Notes: generated by a model from the sequence alone, not told the origin. Shown: positions 1 through 8,911, counted from the first letter of the stretch. The stretch is 64,000 nucleotides of DNA from an uncultured Spirochaetota bacterium (GCA_944389415.1 CALXMF010000005.1:19798-83797), one strand, 5' to 3'. Translations and numbers: made by a program.

Positions 1-1368
1 CGGATCAGTCTCAATATGCTGCGCTTTAATAACCCTCCGATCCCGTGCGCGGAATTTCGATTTATTACGGGAGATTGCGAACATGTTATAGAGGAACCAG
101 TACGCCGGAATAATATGAACAGCCTGTTCCGTACTGTCAATCGACACAAGTGAAAAAGGATACATAATATTCAATTCGTTCTGATAAGATCCTTTCGATA
201 CAAGAGTAAATGAGGCAAAACGGCTGTTATGTTTAAAATCAGAACATAATCCCGGCCAGAAACCACGGCCGGCAAATATTTCTCCGTCCGGACTGCGCGA
301 ATTATGATTTGAGCCAATCGTTGCCCCGGCAGCGATATTTGACTGTCCAAGGACAGTAGACGCAATAAGAAAAGACGTATTATGATGCTGTTCATGAAAC
401 GGAAATATTAAATTATTAAGCAATTCGCAGCAGGAAACAGTAGAATTATCGCCGAGCACCGAATTAAGCAGACGCGCTCCATATTTAAGCTGACAATTAC
501 GGCCTATTACAAAACGAACCGCGATAGCCTGATAAAAAACCTTACTGCCGTAGCCCATAATACCATTTACAAGCTCTACGCCTTCACCAATCTGAGATGG
601 TTCTTCTTCAGAAGAACACACCGTTATATTTTTAAGCTTGCATGCACCTTTTATATACGCCCCTGAACCAACCTTCACATCTTTAAGTAATAATGTGTTT
701 TTTATTACGACATCATCAGCTATAATACCGAATGTGTTGTTTTTCCGATCGTTTTCCTGTTCTGTCATGCGCACAAATGCGGCAAGCAGCTCATTATCAT
801 CCCTCCTGCGGGACCAGATAAACGCATCTGCAGGCAGCATTTTCTCAAACGGCAGCACAGCCCTCGCATCATTCTCGTTGCTGATCCCAATCCAGACACG
901 ATTTGATTCCGGCTCGCCCTCTTTAAGAATACCAGCTCCAAATTTAGAATGATGAGTGCAGCTCATTTCCTGAATATTGAATAATATAACCCGGCTGCCG
1001 ATATGATAGTTTACTAAATACTGAACATTTCGGATACAGACATCATCTCCAAGAACAACATCTGTAATGTAGGAATGATATAAACCGGTACATAATTCCA
1101 GATCGTGATATTTTAACACAGATCTGGTAAGACGTCCCAGAACAACAAAACCGCTGAATTCGCAGTCCCGTATCAAAGAAACATCAAACAGTCCATCTTC
1201 TTTCGGAACAAATATATTCTGCCATGAAGAATCAGAGTTTGTATTACCCTGCTGTATCAGCGTATCTATCTCCTGGCTGGTCAATGAACGCTTATGCTCT
1301 GCAAACACAGCTATATTACTGCTGAAAGCAGACTCATTCTGCCTATCTACTGGAGTAATTGAAACCAT
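1..1368 (-). CDS. DUF4954-like left-handed beta-helix (hexapeptide-repeat) protein. The N-terminus is in the window and the C-terminus runs off the left edge.
   Basis: Minus-strand frame is open from the ATG at 1368 (MVSITPVDRQNESAFSSNIAVFAEHKRSLTSQEIDTLIQQGN...) to position 1. It is absent from the ORF track because it has no in-window stop. Hexapeptide-like stretches are present (IGEGVELVNGIMGYGSKV, IGRNCQLKYGARLLNSVLGDNSTV). The family name is from memory. Confidence 0.6.
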   Translation of the reverse strand, partial: MVSITPVDRQNESAFSSNIAVFAEHKRSLTSQEIDTLIQQGNTNSDSSWQNIFVPKEDGLFDVSLIRDCEFSGFVVLGRLTRSVLKYHDLELCTGLYHSYITDVVLGDDVCIRNVQYLVNYHIGSRVILFNIQEMSCTHHSKFGAGILKEGEPESNRVWIGISNENDARAVLPFEKMLPADAFIWSRRRDDNELLAAFVRMTEQENDRKNNTFGIIADDVVIKNTLLLKDVKVGSGAYIKGACKLKNITVCSSEEEPSQIGEGVELVNGIMGYGSKVFYQAIAVRFVIGRNCQLKYGARLLNSVLGDNSTVSCCELLNNLIFPFHEQHHNTSFLIASTVLGQSNIAAGATIGSNHNSRSPDGEIFAGRGFWPGLCSDFKHNSRFASFTLVSKGSYQNELNIMYPFSLVSIDSTEQAVHIIPAYWFLYNMFAISRNKSKFRARDRRVIKAQHIETDP

Positions 1369-1400
1369 ATTATACTATCGTATGTGTTTTCAGAGATTAT

Positions 1401-2195
1401 TCAAGTTTTTTTATATAATAAAAGCAGTTTTTTGTCTTCTGTACTCACCCTGAATGACTCACGGATTTTCTGTATTGTTTTATTATAAGTCCACGCGTCA
1501 AATGGACAAGAAGTGCCCGTTACATACTTATATGCCGCAGAACGGCATTTTACCCACGCCTCCGCGGTGATCCACGCAAGAGCCATTCGCACATAATATG
1601 TATCAGTATACATACCATCATATTCAGGAAGCCTGGCGGCGACACTGCTGCATCTCTCAAATACAGAAGTAATATGACTGTCATCACAAAACCATGATAG
1701 CATCACAACCAGTCCCGCCCGTACATGCCACCAGTTTGAAGAAAGACACCACTTGCCTGCATGTTCAAAAAAAATATCTGGATATTTTTTTATCTGTGTA
1801 AGACCGCCGGCAAAACAATCACAAAGCGCCCAGTTCGTTATACCATCAAGAAAACGTTCAGCCGCGACAACACATTCCTCGCTGCTGCCGGTAATCAAAC
1901 CGGTAACAATCCCCTCAAGCATTGTTTCTTCATATAAAGTTCTGCGGCAGCAGGAAAGAAAGCCTTGCGGATCTCCCCGCGCGATTTCCTTTCCTATTCT
2001 GCGCAATACAGGCATCCGCACTCCAAGCAAATTATGCACACCAGGAAGCAGTCCCGAATGAAACTTTCGATATTTCTCATCAGCCGCCGCAGAGAGCAAG
2101 TCAAGCAGCCGACTCTGATCATTTTCATTCCATGCGGTGACAGATGAAAAAGTACGAATATCAGCCTGTATCTGCGGCGAAATTATTTCTCTCAC
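1401..2195 (-). CDS. DNA alkylation repair protein (AlkD-like, HEAT-like repeat family)
   Basis: 264-aa ORF whose length and helical-repeat character fit the DNA alkylation repair enzyme family. Its GTG start directly abuts the gltX stop (TAAGTG on the minus strand at 2198-2193). Confidence 0.65.
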   Translation of the reverse strand: MREIISPQIQADIRTFSSVTAWNENDQSRLLDLLSAAADEKYRKFHSGLLPGVHNLLGVRMPVLRRIGKEIARGDPQGFLSCCRRTLYEETMLEGIVTGLITGSSEECVVAAERFLDGITNWALCDCFAGGLTQIKKYPDIFFEHAGKWCLSSNWWHVRAGLVVMLSWFCDDSHITSVFERCSSVAARLPEYDGMYTDTYYVRMALAWITAEAWVKCRSAAYKYVTGTSCPFDAWTYNKTIQKIRESFRVSTEDKKLLLLYKKT

Positions 2196-3752
2196 TTAAA
2201 ACGCAGCCAATGTCCGTTCAATGCGGGCAGCAGCTTTTTCGCAACCAAGAATCTGAATGGAACCAATAAGCGGCGGACTGATTCTGCTGCCGGTTAGCGC
2301 CATACGGATAGGCATCATAAAATCACCAAGCTTTACGCCCAGTTTTTCAGCTTCACTGCGGGCAAGCTCTTCCGAATCGTCGTGAGACATCCCATCCAAG
2401 CGGGAAACAAAATCTTTTGCTGCGATAAGAACTGCTTTCGTGCGCTCAGCATCCAGTTTCTTTGGAATAATCTGCTCCACCGGAGGCACAGCGGGTTCCT
2501 TAAAGAGGAAGGCAATCATTTCCGGCGCATCGCAGAGAAAATGCAAACGTTCTTTAATAAGCGGCATGACCTCAATCAGTTTCGCACGAACAGCGGCATC
2601 GTCAAGCCCTTCCGCTGATAATTTTCCGTCCGCAGAAATAGCTATGCCAGAAACAGCGGAACCGACCTTTGGCGCCGGGAACTGCTCAGAAACGTTTATC
2701 GGAAGAGCAGCATCACCTGTTCCAGTCAGGAATGGAAGAATTTTTTCCATAAGCTGTTCATCTGTATACAAACGCATATACTGCCCATTAAACCATTCAA
2801 GTTTTTTATAATCAAATACCGCTGGCGCCTTATTCAGATGTTCCATTTTAAAAAGCTGTTCAAATTCATGCAGACAGAACATATCACGCCCATCTTCATA
2901 TGAACAGCCAAGCATAGCAACATAATTGATCAACGCTTCCGGCAGATAACCGCGCGCACGAAATTCATTTACACTTGTTGCTCCATGACGCTTTGACAGT
3001 TTCTGTCCATCTTGCCCCATTACCATTGGCAGATGACAGAATACCGGCGGCTCCCACCCAAACGCCTGATACATAAGCACATGCAGTGGTGTGGAAGGAA
3101 TCCATTCCTGAGCGCGCATCACATGCGTAATTTTCATAAAGTGATCATCGATGATATTCGCCAGATGATATGTCGGAAATCCATCACTCTTCAATAGAAC
3201 AGGATCAGGATTAATATCCTCATTTTTCCATTCAATATCACCGAGCAGCGCATCTTTAAATTTGGTAACCCCTTCAAGAGGCACTTTAAGCCTAATAACA
3301 TATGGCTTACCCGCATCAAGATTCGCCTTAATTTCATCATTTGTCAAATGACGGCAATTACGGTCGTAACCGGGCGGCATTTTATTCATTGTCTGTATCG
3401 TGCGGATACGTTCAAGACGTTCAGCATCACAAAAACAATAATAAGCCTGTCCCTGAGCGACTAACTCTTCTGCGTATTTTTTATAAAGCTCAAATCGTTC
3501 TGACTGCACATATGGCCCATAAGGACCACCCTTATCAGGGCCTTCGTCCCATTCAATTCCAAGCCAGGCAAGTGTATCAAACAGGTTTTGTACATATTCT
3601 TCACCGTATCGGGTACGGTCTGTATCTTCCAAACGCAGAATAAACTTTCCGCCGTTTGCGCGCGCAAACAGGTAATTAAATAACGCGGTACGCACACCGC
3701 CAATATGCTGCATACCCGTCGGCGACGGTGCGTAGCGGACACGAACTTCCAC
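2196..3752 (-). CDS. gltX: Glutamate--tRNA ligase
   Basis: 518 aa with a class I HIGH-type motif (PSPTGMQHIGGVRTAL) and a KMSKS-type motif (KLSKRHG). GTG start is preceded by AGGAGG. Confidence 0.95.
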   Translation of the reverse strand: MEVRVRYAPSPTGMQHIGGVRTALFNYLFARANGGKFILRLEDTDRTRYGEEYVQNLFDTLAWLGIEWDEGPDKGGPYGPYVQSERFELYKKYAEELVAQGQAYYCFCDAERLERIRTIQTMNKMPPGYDRNCRHLTNDEIKANLDAGKPYVIRLKVPLEGVTKFKDALLGDIEWKNEDINPDPVLLKSDGFPTYHLANIIDDHFMKITHVMRAQEWIPSTPLHVLMYQAFGWEPPVFCHLPMVMGQDGQKLSKRHGATSVNEFRARGYLPEALINYVAMLGCSYEDGRDMFCLHEFEQLFKMEHLNKAPAVFDYKKLEWFNGQYMRLYTDEQLMEKILPFLTGTGDAALPINVSEQFPAPKVGSAVSGIAISADGKLSAEGLDDAAVRAKLIEVMPLIKERLHFLCDAPEMIAFLFKEPAVPPVEQIIPKKLDAERTKAVLIAAKDFVSRLDGMSHDDSEELARSEAEKLGVKLGDFMMPIRMALTGSRISPPLIGSIQILGCEKAAARIERTLAAF

Positions 3753-3810
3753 TGCAGCCTCCTTACAAACAAAATAATGCTGTATTCACTATCAGTATAG
3801 CAATTATACT

Positions 3811-3839
3811 AGTATAGTAAAAAACATTTGTGAAAGCAA
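3811..3839 (-). promoter_or_regulatory. Candidate sigma70-type promoter for gltX
   Basis: On the minus strand: TTGCTT (3839-3834), 17-nt spacer, TATACT (3816-3811), about 60 nt upstream of the GTG start. Pattern match only. Confidence 0.35.
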
Positions 3840-3883
3840 GTTATCACTGATACAGGCCACAGCACGATATACAATCTATAAAA

Positions 3884-3971
3884 CAAAGAAAAATATAATC
3901 TTTTTTTCATTCATTTTTAAGTTATTTTCAAAACAAAAAAAGTCTTTTTTTAATTCATCTTTAATTTATCT
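3884..3971 (-). repeat. AT-rich dispersed element, copy A: four 22-bp phased units starting AAAAAGAYTA (read on the minus strand)
   Basis: Minus-strand units are aaaaagattatatttttctttg, aaataacttaaaaatgaatgaa, aaaaagactttttttgttttga and agataaattaaagatgaattaa. The first matches the 26110-26131 unit at 19/22 and the third matches the 26066-26087 unit at 18/22. Confidence 0.55.
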
Positions 3972-4114
3972 CTGGCGTAAATTTAATTTATCATTAACTC
4001 AAAAATACACTGTTTTGTATATCTATACTGTTGCGGCAGATCTATCTGCAGCAATTATACGAGTTAGCAATCTATAATTCGTTATCTACAAACATAAAAG
4101 AAAAGGTCAAAGTA

Positions 4115-4143
4115 TTGACACCATAAGAATATTATATTAACAT
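4115..4143 (+). promoter_or_regulatory. Candidate promoter for rubrerythrin
   Basis: TTGACA (4115-4120), 17-nt spacer, TAACAT (4138-4143). The palindrome/PerR-like box starts immediately at the -10 element. Confidence 0.35.
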
Positions 4144-4186
4144 TGCTTTGTAATGATTACAAAATAAAAATCATTACAAAGCAATG
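4141..4186. promoter_or_regulatory. Perfect 18-bp-arm inverted repeat containing a PerR/Fur-type 7-1-7 box (TTGTAATGATTACAA, 4148-4162)
   Basis: cattgctttgtaatgatt (4141-4158) and aatcattacaaagcaatg (4169-4186) are exact reverse complements with a 10-nt loop. The embedded box matches the B. subtilis PerR consensus TTATAATNATTATAA at 13/15 with symmetric substitutions. Confidence 0.55.
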
Positions 4187-4201
4187 TTAAGGAGTAATTT
4201 T

Positions 4202-4744
4202 ATGAAACAGTGGGTTTGTAAAGTATGCGGATATGTTCATACTGGAGACAATGCACCTGAAAAATGTCCTCAGTGCGGTGCAACAAAAGATAAGTTCGCA
4301 GAAAAAGTAGAAACAACAGGTTTCGCTGATGAACACAAAATCGGTATCGCACAGGGATTGGATGCTGAAGTTGTACAGGGCCTGCGTGATAACTTTAATG
4401 GTGAATGCTGCGAAGTCGGTATGTATCTCGCAATGAGCCGCCAGGCTGATCGTGAAGGTTATCCTGAAATCGCAGAAGCATTTAAACGCTATGCATTTGA
4501 AGAAGCTGATCATGCGGCACGTTTCGCTGAATTGCTGGGTGAGGTTGTTACTCCCTCTACCAAGAAAAATCTTGAATTGCGCGCTGCCGCAGAGACAGGT
4601 GCTTGTGAAGGCAAATTGATGCTTGCTAAAAAAGCGAAAACACTTAATTACGATGCTATTCATGATACAGTACATGAAATGTGTAAAGATGAAGCCCGCC
4701 ATGGCGCAGGATTCAAGGGACTTCTGGCCCGCTATTTTGGCTAA
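4202..4744 (+). CDS. rbr: Rubrerythrin with N-terminal rubredoxin-like domain (reverse rubrerythrin architecture)
   Basis: AGGAG is followed by the ATG at 4202 ([11 protein letters not shown]...CPQCG, two CxxC pairs), then ferritin-like diiron motifs (CEVGMY, EEADH, DEARH). Confidence 0.9.
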   Translation: MKQWVCKVCGYVHTGDNAPEKCPQCGATKDKFAEKVETTGFADEHKIGIAQGLDAEVVQGLRDNFNGECCEVGMYLAMSRQADREGYPEIAEAFKRYAFEEADHAARFAELLGEVVTPSTKKNLELRAAAETGACEGKLMLAKKAKTLNYDAIHDTVHEMCKDEARHGAGFKGLLARYFG

Positions 4745-4761
4745 TTAGGTAGGTAATTATC

Positions 4762-4787
4762 AAAAAGCTGCCACTAGGCAGCTTTTT
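4762..4787 (+). terminator. Rho-independent terminator after rubrerythrin
   Basis: aaaaaGCTGCC-acta-GGCAGCttttt. Confidence 0.7.
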
Positions 4788-4809
4788 ATATATATTTATA
4801 TATTTCATT

Positions 4810-5280
4810 ATGACAATTCCAGTAACAGACATACAGGCAGCACAAATTCTTACAGATCACGGCATCCGCCTTTCAATTCAGCGGATACAAATATATCAGA
4901 ATCTATGCGCAAGCGGTGAACATCCCACCGCAGAAATGGTGTATGCACAGCTGGCATCTTCTATTCCAACTCTTTCCCGGACTACCGTATATAACACTCT
5001 GAAACTTTTTGCTGAAAAACAGCTGGTACAGACATTATTAATAGAAGATGATGAAATGCGGTACGACGCGGATACAGAGGAACATCTGCATTTTAAATGT
5101 CACTGCTGCGGGAAAGTATTTGATGCGGCTACGAACAATACTGCCCGAACAGAATTATCACGTTTTCATAATTACTGCAACAGCCTGCTTCCGGACGGAT
5201 TTCTTTCAGAAAAAATACAAACATATTTTTGGGGACGGTGCGGCAACTGCGCTGTCGAGTCCTATCCGAAAAAGGCTTAA
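4810..5280 (+). CDS. Fur-family metalloregulator, probably peroxide-responsive (PerR-like)
   Basis: Winged-helix region (RTTVYNTLKLF) and two CxxC pairs (CHCCGKVF, CGNCA). Location next to rubrerythrin and a PerR-type box supports the PerR assignment, which remains an inference. Confidence 0.8.
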   Translation: MTIPVTDIQAAQILTDHGIRLSIQRIQIYQNLCASGEHPTAEMVYAQLASSIPTLSRTTVYNTLKLFAEKQLVQTLLIEDDEMRYDADTEEHLHFKCHCCGKVFDAATNNTARTELSRFHNYCNSLLPDGFLSEKIQTYFWGRCGNCAVESYPKKA

Positions 5281-5377
5281 TTCATATCTCTCTTTTTTCG
5301 ATAATAATATGTATCTTTGTGTTCAGAGCGCATAAATGCAATTTTGACCACAAGGAAATTTTGGGTAGGAGATATAT

Positions 5378-8230
5378 ATGCAAAAAGCGGCAGTACCGGT
5401 ATTTCTGGCCGGATTACTTTGTACCATACTGTTACTGTCCTGTCTTTCCACAGAGGTTTCAGAAGAACCAGTGGATCAGACAGAAGTAGAAAAAAAAGAA
5501 CAGACAGAAACCATTCAACAGCTTATTCTAACTGGTAAATACGATGACGCAAAAGCGATGTTTGAATCTCAAACAAACATCAACATGGCTGACGAAAACG
5601 GTAACACACCTCTGCACGCGGCGGCACAAGTCAATAATGCAGATCTTATCACATTTCTTATTTATAAAGGCGCGGAAACTGAATTAAAAAACGCACAGGG
5701 GGATACCCCTCTGCATGTGGCAATAAAATATGATAGTGTAGATGCAGCTCGTGTACTTGCTGCGGTAAACAGCGATATATTTTCCCGAGACACAAACGGT
5801 AAAACAGCTCTTGAGCTAGGTATCGCTAAAGGCAAACAATTCTACGATGCAATGATAACAACAGCAACTGGTGAGAAACAGGATGCGCAGGGATTATCTA
5901 TTATCCATTACTTTGTGCGTATGAATGATCGGAACGCCATACTTTACAGCATTAGTAAGCAGATTCCTATTTCCCGACAGGACAACAGCGGAATGACACC
6001 GCTTGGAATCGCTTACCGGCAAAATACCCTGAAAAGTATTGAAATTGCCGTTGACCTGCTTGAAGCAGGCGCTGTCCCGCAGGGAGGCAATTATGAATAT
6101 TTTGAAACTGCGATTATGAAGCGTAATCCTTCAATGCGTTTTGAAGAAGGTCAGACACCGCTGCATATCGCCACAATCCAGGGACAAACAGGTATTGTGC
6201 ATTACCTGCTTACACAAAATGCCTCATGTTCTGCTCAGAATACGGCCGGATCGACACCGCTGCATGAAGCAGTCAGATATGGCCGAACAGATATTGTGCA
6301 AATACTATTGCAAAACGGCGCAAACCCGAATGCAAAAGACAGTTTAGGAAAAACACCTCTCCTTCTGCTCGTGCCAAAAGAAACACAGTCAGTAATTTAT
6401 CAGCTGCTCATCAAGTATCATGCGGATGTAAATGTAAAAGATATGTATGGTGACGCCCCTCTGCACATAGCCACAATCGCAGGCAGCGACATTGATGCAC
6501 TTGAACTGCTGATAAATGCCGGCGCAGATATAAATGAGCGTAATAAAGAAGGTGTCACTCCGCTTGCGCTCGCTGTTGATTATCAACGAAAAGATCTCGT
6601 ACAATTTTTTACTACACATAATGGAGATATTCACGCAGAAGACCTAGAAGGAAAAACACCTCTAACCCGGGCCCTTAAAGCAAATAAAGAATTGCTTTCT
6701 GTATTGGTAAACACAGATAATGTAATATCCCGAGATTCCTTTGGCAACACACCTCTTCATATAGCAGTAACAACAGATATTCCAAGTACTGGTACAGACG
6801 GGTCATTAAATCCGGATCGTAAATATTCGCTTGCCGCACAGAGCATAAAATATCTGCTTAGCCTAGGAGCCGATATCAATGCCCGCAACAGAAGCGGCGA
6901 TACACCGCTTTCTCTCGCTGTACAGAAAAACAAACGGCAAGCAGGAGAAGTACTGCTTGCCGCGGGAGCTGATATTTTTGTAACAAATACAGATAACTAC
7001 TCACCATTACGTCTTGCGCTGTCAGCGGGAGGAGAACGGCAGGAATGGCTGCTGACATCTGAAGTTATTAATTCAACAGATGGAAGCGGCAATACACCCA
7101 TGCATTACGCTGCGGAATGGAAACTGAACAACGCTATTACCGCTCTTGTGGAAAAAGGTTCTTCTGTGAATGCGCAGAACGCGAACGGTCAGACCCCTCT
7201 ATTTAGCGCTGTCCATGCAGATAGTCCTGATGGTATAGCTCTTCTTATCAGAAATGGAGCTCAGAAAAACGCACGTGACTATTTAGGCAATACACCGCTG
7301 CATACAAGTATCAGATGGGACACATTCAACGCAGCCAGAACACTGATTGCCAGCGGTGTTGATATTGATCCGCAAAATCTTGCAGGAAAAACACCTCTTG
7401 CTGAAGCCGCTTACAGCGGAAAAATGCAAATGATCACATTGCTGCTTAACAATGGAGCAAATATCAACGCAAGTGACGCAACTGGTAAAACTGTTCTTAT
7501 TGATGCAATCCAGAGCGGAAAACCTGAAACGGTGCGTACACTGCTTGAACGAGGAGCTTCTGTTCAGGTTCAGGAAATGTATGGCCGAAATGCATACCAT
7601 TTTGCAGCGGAAAGCGGCGATATCGAAATGATCACTATTATCCGTGAAGCAGGCGGCAATGCGATGGCACGTGATAAAAATGGCAGAACTCCGCTGACGC
7701 TGGTTCTAAACAGTACTGATGATATCATTCAGGCTGTCCTTGGCTCAAACAAAGATATCTCTGATTCTGACGGTAATACCCCGATTCATATTGCGGTAAC
7801 TCAGAAAGTACCGCCTGAAAAATTGCGGCTGCTCGTTTCTATGGGATATCCAATTAATAGAAGAAACAGTAATGGTCTGACAGCTCTCGCAGAAGCTGCG
7901 AACCTCGGACAAGCAGACTTGCTGCGTGTACTTCTTGAAAACGGAGCTGACCCCTATATTACCGATAATAAAGGGGAATGCGCTGTATCATTCGCTTTGC
8001 GTAACGGTAATAAATTACTGCTAGAAGACATTGTAAAATACGCTGGCACAAAGCGGGATATCAGCGGAGAAGGTATTCTGCATTATGCCGCACGCATTGC
8101 AGATCAAGCAACAGTAAACACACTGCTTTCAATGGGACTTGATAAAACCATCAAAAGTATATCAGGAGAACGTCCGTATGATGTCGCCATCCGTTGGAAA
8201 CGTACAGATATAGCAGAGCTACTTAAATAA
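5378..8230 (+). CDS. Ankyrin-repeat lipoprotein (950 aa, about 25 ANK repeats)
   Basis: AGGAG RBS and a signal peptide with a lipobox-like LLLSC. Repeated G-x-TPLH-x-A motifs run throughout (GNTPLHAAAQ, GDTPLHVAIK, GQTPLHIATI, GSTPLHEAVR ...). Confidence 0.9.
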   Translation: MQKAAVPVFLAGLLCTILLLSCLSTEVSEEPVDQTEVEKKEQTETIQQLILTGKYDDAKAMFESQTNINMADENGNTPLHAAAQVNNADLITFLIYKGAETELKNAQGDTPLHVAIKYDSVDAARVLAAVNSDIFSRDTNGKTALELGIAKGKQFYDAMITTATGEKQDAQGLSIIHYFVRMNDRNAILYSISKQIPISRQDNSGMTPLGIAYRQNTLKSIEIAVDLLEAGAVPQGGNYEYFETAIMKRNPSMRFEEGQTPLHIATIQGQTGIVHYLLTQNASCSAQNTAGSTPLHEAVRYGRTDIVQILLQNGANPNAKDSLGKTPLLLLVPKETQSVIYQLLIKYHADVNVKDMYGDAPLHIATIAGSDIDALELLINAGADINERNKEGVTPLALAVDYQRKDLVQFFTTHNGDIHAEDLEGKTPLTRALKANKELLSVLVNTDNVISRDSFGNTPLHIAVTTDIPSTGTDGSLNPDRKYSLAAQSIKYLLSLGADINARNRSGDTPLSLAVQKNKRQAGEVLLAAGADIFVTNTDNYSPLRLALSAGGERQEWLLTSEVINSTDGSGNTPMHYAAEWKLNNAITALVEKGSSVNAQNANGQTPLFSAVHADSPDGIALLIRNGAQKNARDYLGNTPLHTSIRWDTFNAARTLIASGVDIDPQNLAGKTPLAEAAYSGKMQMITLLLNNGANINASDATGKTVLIDAIQSGKPETVRTLLERGASVQVQEMYGRNAYHFAAESGDIEMITIIREAGGNAMARDKNGRTPLTLVLNSTDDIIQAVLGSNKDISDSDGNTPIHIAVTQKVPPEKLRLLVSMGYPINRRNSNGLTALAEAANLGQADLLRVLLENGADPYITDNKGECAVSFALRNGNKLLLEDIVKYAGTKRDISGEGILHYAARIADQATVNTLLSMGLDKTIKSISGERPYDVAIRWKRTDIAELLK

Positions 8231-8241
8231 TAAAAACTCAC

Positions 8242-8269
8242 AGCAGGAGAAATCGTTATTTCTCCTGCT
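8242..8269. terminator. Hairpin between convergent ankyrin and TrpR-like genes (probable bidirectional terminator)
   Basis: AGCAGGAGAAAT-cgtt-ATTTCTCCTGCT. A T-run follows on the minus strand. The right arm overlaps the last codons of the minus-strand gene. Confidence 0.5.
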
Positions 8270-8588
8270 CTTTGGAAACAGTATCAAGAACCTTTCTAAA
8301 TGCACTGTCTTTTTTCTTCAGTTCACGAGAACCCCTTGTTATTTTACATAAACTCATATTAAACATTCTGGCAATCTCACGCTGCGGCGTGCCCCGGTCA
8401 ATTTCTTTTACCAAAAGCCAGCGTTTCGCTACATCATGCAACTCAACAGGAGTAAAAAGGCAGCCGAAAAAATCTTTTATAAAAACTTCATCATGCATAC
8501 CGGCAAGAACATGATAAATTTCAGAAAGAGCCTTTTCATCACGTTCAATAATTTCGGAATCGTTTTGATTAGTATCACTCTTTGGCAT
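8256..8588 (-). CDS. TrpR-related YerC/YecD-family DNA-binding protein
   Basis: 110 aa with a helix-turn-helix region (TPQREIARMFNMSLCKITRGSRELK) typical of the Trp-repressor-like family. Confidence 0.75.
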   Translation of the reverse strand: MPKSDTNQNDSEIIERDEKALSEIYHVLAGMHDEVFIKDFFGCLFTPVELHDVAKRWLLVKEIDRGTPQREIARMFNMSLCKITRGSRELKKKDSAFRKVLDTVSKEQEK

Positions 8589-8638
8589 ATATATACTATA
8601 CTTGCTTTCGCAATAAAAAAACAGTATATTTTTTCAAT

Positions 8639-8911
8639 ATGGGTGAATCAACAGACTGGCAGGATGAAACGTACGAACGCGTCTTTGAAGAAGAACTGCG
8701 CGGGCTTGAACGGCGGCGTGCACATGACCCTACCCTGCATATCAGTGAAATACGCACATTACTCCAGGATCTCTATATACTTGACGGTCAAAACCTTGAC
8801 CGGGGACCTGTTGGTGATATTATAAGTGCTGCAACGGTTTCCGCATATGAACATTTCATCGCTGAATGGGAACAGGAGATATCTCACGAGAAACGTTTTC
8901 CCCAAGATTAA
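8639..8911 (+). CDS. Hypothetical acidic protein (90 aa)
   Basis: Internal ATG of the 8582..8911 ORF (MGESTDWQDETYERVFEEELRGLERRR...). Protein-like composition. Its 3' end overlaps the convergent TatD gene by 56 nt. Confidence 0.4.
   Translation: MGESTDWQDETYERVFEEELRGLERRRAHDPTLHISEIRTLLQDLYILDGQNLDRGPVGDIISAATVSAYEHFIAEWEQEISHEKRFPQD

Noticed and set aside
171-952. Track ORFs 171..395 (-) and 638..952 (+)
   Set aside because: Both lie inside, and out of frame with, the long open DUF4954-like frame (1..1368, minus). Their translations are low-complexity and lack any motif.
4187-4702. 171-aa antisense ORF opposite rubrerythrin
   Set aside because: It is a mirror ORF of a motif-rich, RBS-preceded gene. 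Its Cys/Phe-rich translation has no recognisable features.
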